A DNA stretch of 64,000 nucleotides from an uncultured Candidatus Saccharibacteria bacterium (GTDB taxonomy: Bacteria; Patescibacteriota; Minisyncoccia; Phycocordibacterales; Phycocordibacteraceae), in the NCBI GenBank assembly GCA_964391975.1, contig CAYMNZ010000001.1, positions 15,280 to 79,279 on the forward strand. The letters run 5' to 3'. This document shows positions 58,473 through 64,000 of the stretch, in pieces. The position numbers and the translations under genes were made by a program. How positions within the stretch are numbered: position 1 is the first letter of the stretch; every line of letters starts with the position of its first letter. The notes under the pieces are model-generated. The model saw nothing but the letters and a program-made list of their open reading frames with translations. It was not told where the DNA came from and ran no database searches.

Positions 58473-59315
58473 TCAAGCAGGGAAGAGGTCGCGCAGTTCG
58501 TCGGAGCGGAAGAAGCGACCTCCTAAGTCACCAAAGCTGTAGACGTTTCCTCCTACTTCAATAGGAGCTCCACCGATTGCAGGCGTGGGACCAGGGCGTG
58601 AGTTCGCAAACCCGATGTTAAAGAGCGTCACGAGTATTTCCGGACGGTTGCCAAGGTCAAAGCCCGCCTGCTTCCATTGTGCTCCTACTTCCTTGAGATA
58701 GAGAGCGGTATAGAGATAGGAGTAGTAGTGGTCCTTGTCATCGGTAAGCCGATTGTAGAGCTCGGCGTTCTGGTCAACACCGGGCGCGTACTCAATAAGC
58801 TTGGCGAATTCAGGACCAGGATAGAAGGGAGAGGTGGGGTCCGCTGCGTGGAGTTCTATTTCCCGCGCCGTCTCCTGCTTGATGCCCGATACGCCCAAGG
58901 AAAACTGCGTGAGAGAACCAAGGATTTTGAGCGGTTCGAAATAACGCTTGAACACTTCGCGCTCGGAGGTAAAGAAGCGAATCTGCTCTGGAATAACGAC
59001 CGCAGCTATAAGACGTGCGGAAACGCCAGTCTCCTTTGAAACTCGCTTGATGAGTTCAGCGTCCTTGGTAAGCCCTCCAGCGACCACCACCCATTCGGGT
59101 GTTTCCTTCCAGTCGCAGGAGGAAATCCCGTCCTTAATGCAGGGCTCTGCAGGAATCTCCTGGCCATCCGTAAAGAACGCGTTGCGCTCAAGGATGGAGC
59201 CACGCACGTTAAGCAGCCCGAACTGCATGGCGATAAACACCAAGGTAAAGGCGAGCCCCACCACCGCAAAGACGGTGACGAGGGCGTAGAAGAGTTTTTT
59301 GAGCAATCGCGGCAT
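58473..59315 (-). CDS. membrane-anchored hypothetical protein
   Basis: 280 aa; N-terminal TM helix; no family recognised. Confidence 0.45.
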   Translation of the reverse strand: MPRLLKKLFYALVTVFAVVGLAFTLVFIAMQFGLLNVRGSILERNAFFTDGQEIPAEPCIKDGISSCDWKETPEWVVVAGGLTKDAELIKRVSKETGVSARLIAAVVIPEQIRFFTSEREVFKRYFEPLKILGSLTQFSLGVSGIKQETAREIELHAADPTSPFYPGPEFAKLIEYAPGVDQNAELYNRLTDDKDHYYSYLYTALYLKEVGAQWKQAGFDLGNRPEILVTLFNIGFANSRPGPTPAIGGAPIEVGGNVYSFGDLGGRFFRSDELRDLFPA

Positions 59316-59371
59316 AGTTCCTCTATAGCAGGAACTATGAGTTTGCGCGACTGTGGATGAGATTCCTATGT

Positions 59372-59461
59372 TGGCGGAGACGCAGGGATTCGAACCCTGG
59401 AGAGCTTTTACACCCTACCTCGTTAGCAGTGAGGCGCTTTCGACCACTCAGCCACGTCTCC
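59372..59461 (-). tRNA. tRNA-Ser (anticodon GCU), class II with long variable arm; CCA encoded
   Basis: Minus sense GGAGACG-TG-GCT-GAGTGGTCGAA-AGC-G-CCTCA-CTGCTAA-CGAGG-[18-nt variable arm]-CAGGG-TTCGAAT-CCCTG-CGTCTCC-G-CCA. Confidence 0.85.
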
Positions 59462-59487
59462 GGAGCTTCCAAAGTACCACCTAGGGC

Positions 59488-60138
59488 CTAATGCGCCAAT
59501 GCGACGGCAATGACCCGGTCGGCGCCAGCGCCAGTGAGAGTGCGGACGGCTTCACGAAGCGTGCTCCCCGTCGTTAGTACATCGTCCACTACTATATAAA
59601 GGTATGTGGAGTCTGGGGTGCCGGAACGGAAGGCACTGGCGATATTTTCTTGGCGTTTCTCTCTGGTAAGCCTGGTCTGCGGCGTGGTGTCGCGTGTGCG
59701 TGTAAGCAGGTTCGTTTCCATGCGGGCGCCGAGTTGCTTGGCGGTCTTCCGAAGCACTTGCTCTACTTGGTTGTATCCGCGCTCCCGTTTTCTTTTACCA
59801 GAAAGCGGAAGTGGAACGAGGGCGATGTTCCTTTGTTCAAGTTCAGTCTCCTCACTCATGCGCTCGAGAAGATAGTCGGAAAGTACGGAAGCGAGAAGCT
59901 CGGAAGCGGTGGTGTTCCCGTGGTACTTGGTTTCAATGATGAGCGCGTGAACTACTGGCTCGCGATAGGGGAGAAGTGCAGTAACACCACCCTCGTTTGT
60001 TACCGGGTTCACGAGGGCTGCCAGTGTTTCTGGCTGTATCGACCGCACGATACGCTCGGTTTCTCTCGGTGGAAACACAAAATCAAGGAGGCCGCGCATG
60101 TCGCCATGATACACTTTGCGAATGGGCATCTTCGACAT
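59488..60138 (-). CDS. comF: ComF family phosphoribosyltransferase-domain protein
   Basis: LLDFVFPP N-terminal motif and C-terminal PRTase motif IVVDDVLTTGSTLREA; start uncertain (ORF extends to 60201). Confidence 0.7.
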   Translation of the reverse strand: MSKMPIRKVYHGDMRGLLDFVFPPRETERIVRSIQPETLAALVNPVTNEGGVTALLPYREPVVHALIIETKYHGNTTASELLASVLSDYLLERMSEETELEQRNIALVPLPLSGKRKRERGYNQVEQVLRKTAKQLGARMETNLLTRTRDTTPQTRLTREKRQENIASAFRSGTPDSTYLYIVVDDVLTTGSTLREAVRTLTGAGADRVIAVALAH

Positions 60139-61204
60139 GTTCGTACCAAAAAAGAAGACGAAGAGCGTCATTGGCATTGACATGGGCTCCTCCTCTCTCA
60201 AGGTCGTGCAGTTGCGGCGTGAGGGCGGGACGGCGGTTCTTGAAAACTACGGCGAGCTCGCGCTTGGTCCCTATGCTGGCTCTGAAATTGGTACTGCAAC
60301 CAACCTTCCTGCCGAGAAGCTTGCCGAGGCGCTCACTGACCTCATTCGCGAGGTAGGCATCACCACCACTGACGCAGGCATCTCCATTCCATTCTCCCGT
60401 TCGCTCCTTACGTTGGTGGAGCTTCCTCGTCGGGATAATGCAGAAGAACAAAAAACCATCATCTCGCTTGAAGCGAGGAAGTACATTCCGGTACCGGTGT
60501 CAGAAGTGCAGCTCGATTGGTTCGTCGTCCCCGAGACCTTGCCGGAAGGGAACGAGCTGCCAAACAAGGTAAAGGTATTGCTCGTGGCGGTGCACAACGA
60601 TGAACTTACTCTTTTGCAAAGTGTGATTACCGCAGCGAAGCTCCAAGCAACCTTTTATGAGATTGAGATTTTCAGTACTATTCGTTCCGTTGTTGATGAG
60701 CCGGTGAAGCCAGTGTTGGTACTTGATATCGGTGCATCTGCCGCCAAGGTGTACGTGGTGGAGCGCGGCGTGGTCGCACTTTCGCACAACATCCGTGCAG
60801 GTGGACAGGACATCACGCGCTCCATTGCGACGGCAAATAATCTTGCCATCGCTGCTGCTGAAGCACAGAAGAAAGAATTCGGCTTTGCCACAGGAGCCAG
60901 CTACGACCGCGCAACGGTGGAAACCATCTTCTCGCGCATCTTTGAAGAAGCGAAGCGTGTGATGGTGCAGTATGAGACCGCTCACAACAAAGCTGTCTCA
61001 GGGCTTGTGCTTACCGGTGGGGGAGCAGTGACCAAGGAACTGGCCGCCTACGCCACCTCCTTCTTCTCGGTTGATGTGCGCATTGCCGATCCGTTCGCAA
61101 AGACCGCCGCTCCTGCATTCATGCGCCCCGTACTCCAGGAGATAGGACCAGAGTTTGCTGTTGCGGTAGGTCTTGCGCTCCGTAAGCTTGAAAACCTCGA
61201 CTAA
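60116..61204 (+). CDS. pilM: type IV pilus assembly protein PilM
   Basis: Actin-like ATPase fold; SVIGIDMGSSSLKVVQL N-terminus; start may be the ATG at 60137 to avoid overlap with divergent comF. Confidence 0.8.
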   Translation: MRMGIFDMFVPKKKTKSVIGIDMGSSSLKVVQLRREGGTAVLENYGELALGPYAGSEIGTATNLPAEKLAEALTDLIREVGITTTDAGISIPFSRSLLTLVELPRRDNAEEQKTIISLEARKYIPVPVSEVQLDWFVVPETLPEGNELPNKVKVLLVAVHNDELTLLQSVITAAKLQATFYEIEIFSTIRSVVDEPVKPVLVLDIGASAAKVYVVERGVVALSHNIRAGGQDITRSIATANNLAIAAAEAQKKEFGFATGASYDRATVETIFSRIFEEAKRVMVQYETAHNKAVSGLVLTGGGAVTKELAAYATSFFSVDVRIADPFAKTAAPAFMRPVLQEIGPEFAVAVGLALRKLENLD

Positions 61205-61266
61205 TTGTTTCCACACGTGTGCGTAAGGGATACATAGGAGGCCCGTAGGACTGGTATACTGCTTGC

Positions 61267-61962
61267 ATGGCTCTTTCTCCGACCATACCGACTTCCTTCG
61301 TACCTAAGCAGCCGGTACTGCGCACGGTTCCCAACCGCCCGAAATCAAGCGGTGCGAACTTGTTCATGGTCGTCTCCTTCTTTCTCCTTGGTGCAGCGGT
61401 GATAGGTTCGATTGCCGTGTTTGGGTACCAGCAGTATCTGAAGGGAGTGATTGCAAGCAAGGAAGCTGATCTCAAGGCAGCTGAGGAGCGCATCAATTTC
61501 TCAACGGTGGAGGAATTCATTCGTGTGCGCAACCGCTTTACGGCAAGTCAGGAGTTGCTCGACCAGCACGTTGCACTTTCGCAGTTTTTGACCGTGCTTG
61601 AGACCACCACGCTCGCAAGCGTTCGGTTCAGCACGATGGGCTTCACGCTTGAAGATGACGGCACCCCTACCGTGGAAATGGCTGGTACCGCCCGCAGCTT
61701 CAACGCGCTTGCTGCACAATCAAACGCCTTTGGTACCGATACGCGCATCAAGAGCGCCATCTTCTCTGGCATCAAAGTGAATCCAAATAACTCAGTTTCG
61801 TTCACACTCACCGCTAACCTTTCTCCATCCCTGGTTACCATGATGGATCCTGCTGACTTGCCAACACAGCAGCGCTTTGTACCACCAGTGGCAACGTCGA
61901 CAGCAACGACCACCACTCCTACTTCCGCAACGACGACCGCTACTACCACGCCACGCCTATGA
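61267..61962 (+). CDS. PilN-like pilus assembly protein
   Basis: 231 aa; single TM then coiled coil; gene order after pilM; Thr-rich tail. Confidence 0.55.
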   Translation: MALSPTIPTSFVPKQPVLRTVPNRPKSSGANLFMVVSFFLLGAAVIGSIAVFGYQQYLKGVIASKEADLKAAEERINFSTVEEFIRVRNRFTASQELLDQHVALSQFLTVLETTTLASVRFSTMGFTLEDDGTPTVEMAGTARSFNALAAQSNAFGTDTRIKSAIFSGIKVNPNNSVSFTLTANLSPSLVTMMDPADLPTQQRFVPPVATSTATTTTPTSATTTATTTPRL

Positions 61963-62516
61963 CCCGCTTCCTTCCCATCGTCGGCATTCTCATCGCACTC
62001 GGTCTTTTCGTAGGCTACATCCATCCGACGTACACGGGCGACGTTGCTGCCGCACGCGCACAGGTGAAGAGCTACGATAATGCGCTTGCTGCTGCTCGTG
62101 CGTTTGCTGAAAAGGAAGGGGAGCTGCTTTCTGAGAAGAGCGCGCTTCCTGAGGAACAGCTTGCGCGCCTCCAGACCTTCCTGCCTGATGGCGTGGACAA
62201 CGTGCAGCTCATCCTCGACCTTGATGCGCTTGCTACTCGAAGTGGTCTCAAGCTCTCGAACTTCGATGTTGCCGCTCCGGACCTGAACCAGGAATCCGAA
62301 CTTACCGGCAATCGTCTTCCGCTCGTGAGCGAGAAGCCAGCAGAGTCGCTTACGCTCTCAGTTTCTGCGACGGGAACCTATGGTGCCTTCCGTGCCTTCC
62401 TTGATGGCGCTGAGCACTCCTTGCGCCTGCTTGACCTCATCGGGCTTGAGATTCGTGACTCTGCCACGGGGGTCTACACATACAGCATGGTCTTCCGCAT
62501 CTATTGGCTCCAGTAA
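61959..62516 (+). CDS. PilO-like pilus assembly protein
   Basis: 185 aa; TM helix plus coiled coil; ATGA overlap with the upstream gene. Confidence 0.55.
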   Translation: MTRFLPIVGILIALGLFVGYIHPTYTGDVAAARAQVKSYDNALAAARAFAEKEGELLSEKSALPEEQLARLQTFLPDGVDNVQLILDLDALATRSGLKLSNFDVAAPDLNQESELTGNRLPLVSEKPAESLTLSVSATGTYGAFRAFLDGAEHSLRLLDLIGLEIRDSATGVYTYSMVFRIYWLQ

Positions 62517-62523
62517 TACTTCT

Positions 62524-62829
62524 ATGAACTCACGCACTAACGTACTCCTTATCGTTCTCGGACTCATCGTCCTGGGTGCTGCTGCGTACATGCTGCTTGC
62601 GAAGGGGGAGCAAGCACCTGCTATTTCCGAGACTGACGGAGGGAACGAGACTGAGAGCGCCTTCCTAGCCCTCACTGCTGAAATTGGTGCCATCACCTTT
62701 GATACCGATGTTTTTGCGGACCCACGTTTCGCCACCCTGCGCGATATTCGTACTGTGATTCTTCCTGAGACGGCAGGACGCACCGACCCCTTTGCGCCGC
62801 TGCCGGGACTTGCTCCCGTACAGCCGTAG
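62524..62829 (+). CDS. small membrane-anchored protein in the pilus cluster (PilP-like position)
   Basis: 101 aa from MNSRTNVLLIVLGLIVLGAAAYML...; trimmed from 62380. Confidence 0.4.
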   Translation: MNSRTNVLLIVLGLIVLGAAAYMLLAKGEQAPAISETDGGNETESAFLALTAEIGAITFDTDVFADPRFATLRDIRTVILPETAGRTDPFAPLPGLAPVQP

Positions 62830-62832
62830 CGC

Positions 62833-64000
62833 ATGACGAACCTTCTCTCGCTGCTTCAGGACAAGGGCATACTGAAGCCCGGTGATGCCGTGGCGATTGA
62901 ACGCGAGGCGAAAGACTCAGGGGTTTCCCTTGAAGCCGCACTCATTGGTAGGGGTATTGCAATTGAGGACTTGCTCGCACTCAAAAGCGAGCGCTACGGC
63001 ATTCCCTCACGCGTGCTTCCAGCACAGACGCCTATTGAGCAGTCGGTACTGCAATACATTCCTGAGGACTCGGCTCGTCACTACCGTGCGGTCCCGCTGT
63101 TGGTGCGCGAAGGCGCGCTCGAAGTCGGCATCGTCGACCCAGACAACATTGAGGCTCTTGATGCACTCCAGTTTATCGCTGGCAGAATTGGCATGCCGTA
63201 CAAGCTGTTTATTATTTCAGAAGCAGATTTTGGGCGCGTGATTGACGAGTACAAGAACCTGACAGGGGAGGTGGGTGCTGCGCTCACTGAGTACGAGGGC
63301 TCTGAAGTTCCCGTTGAGCTTGATGCGGCGCCTGTCTCTTCACGAAAGGATGTTGAAGACACCATCAAGGCAGATGCACCGGTGACCAAGATTGTCGCGA
63401 CCGTATTGCGCTACGCGGTAGAAGGCGGTGCCTCTGATATTCACATTGAGCCTACTCCTGAGAGCACGCGGGTGCGTTTTCGCATGGATGGAGATTTGCA
63501 TACTTCGCTTGAACTTCCGCAGAAAGTGCACCCGGCAGTGGTGGCGCGCATCAAGATTCTTTCGCAGATGCGTCTTGATGAGAAGCGAAAGCCGCAGGAC
63601 GGGCGCTTCTCGACGTCGGTTGAAGGCCGTCGCATCGACTTCCGCGTGTCGACGTTCCCCACACAGTATGGCGAGAAGGTGGTGATGCGTATTCTCGACC
63701 GCTCGAAGGCCACTGCAACTATGGAGACGGTTGGGTTTAATGCTGAGCAGCTTGTGGTGGTGCGCGAAATGATTAAAGCTCCGTACGGCATCATCCTTAT
63801 GTCGGGTCCTACCGGTTCCGGTAAATCGACCACACTCTTCGCCATGCTCTCTGAGCTTGATCGCGAGGCCGCCAACGTGGTCTCGATTGAGGACCCGGTG
63901 GAGTACGAGATTTCTGGCGTGGCGCAGTCGCAGGTGCACCCAGAAATTGGCTACACCTTCGCTTCAGGACTTCGTTCCATCCTTCGTCAGGACCCGGACA
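62833..64000 (+). CDS. pilB: type IV pilus assembly ATPase PilB/GspE (3' end outside window)
   Basis: Not in the ORF track because it runs off the window. Frame from the ATG at 62833 reads MTNLLSLLQDKG...; Walker A SGPTGSGKSTTLFAML; VEDPVEY. Confidence 0.85.
   Translation, partial: MTNLLSLLQDKGILKPGDAVAIEREAKDSGVSLEAALIGRGIAIEDLLALKSERYGIPSRVLPAQTPIEQSVLQYIPEDSARHYRAVPLLVREGALEVGIVDPDNIEALDALQFIAGRIGMPYKLFIISEADFGRVIDEYKNLTGEVGAALTEYEGSEVPVELDAAPVSSRKDVEDTIKADAPVTKIVATVLRYAVEGGASDIHIEPTPESTRVRFRMDGDLHTSLELPQKVHPAVVARIKILSQMRLDEKRKPQDGRFSTSVEGRRIDFRVSTFPTQYGEKVVMRILDRSKATATMETVGFNAEQLVVVREMIKAPYGIILMSGPTGSGKSTTLFAMLSELDREAANVVSIEDPVEYEISGVAQSQVHPEIGYTFASGLRSILRQDPD

Overview
The window is GC-rich (by eye mid-50s % GC) bacterial chromosome. 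No Shine-Dalgarno motifs are visible ahead of genes; most starts sit in a U-rich 'TTTT(n)TATG' context.

The first ~21 kb is a ribosomal-protein super-operon on the + strand, from the 3' end of rpsL through rpsG, fusA, tuf and rpsJ, then rplC through rplO, secY, adk and map. It is unusually fragmented. Rho-independent terminators and inserted genes, some on the opposite strand, split it at four places: between rpsG and fusA, between fusA and tuf, after rpsJ (three genes), and after rplB (two genes). L30 (rpmD) is absent between rpsE and rplO. After map the cluster continues with ndk instead of infA-rpmJ-rpsM-rpsK-rpsD-rpoA-rplQ. Together with the SD-less starts, this is reminiscent of reduced-genome lineages such as CPR/Patescibacteria, but taxonomy cannot be fixed from sequence alone.

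Downstream features include:
- an accessory stretch (22-30 kb) holding a beta-CASP RNase, an AT-richer GNAT-like gene, an HI0933-like flavoprotein and two tandem M14-like peptidases;
- in the same stretch, a set of small, visibly AT-richer ORFs bracketed by two families of short direct repeats placed immediately after stop codons. These are R1 (GGTTCGAATCCTGGGCGGCCAGCA, 2 copies) and R2 (GTTCCAACATCGTCCC[A/T]GACAG, 3 copies);
- an rplT-rpmI-infC operon (infC with a GTG start), a CofE-like ligase, and a YhhQ/VUT queuosine-precursor transporter preceded by a leader-peptide/attenuator-like leader;
- a two-component system, an L,D-transpeptidase, TspO, a textbook smpB-ssrA (tmRNA) pair, ftsH, tRNA-Ile with the rare UAU anticodon, recG, a secreted/cell-wall locus (amidase plus a 935-aa secreted protein), malic enzyme-purD-purA, endonuclease V, tRNA-Ser(GCU), comF, and a type IV pilus cluster (pilM-N-O-x-pilB) running off the window end.

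No CRISPR array, rRNA, transposase or integrase was seen.
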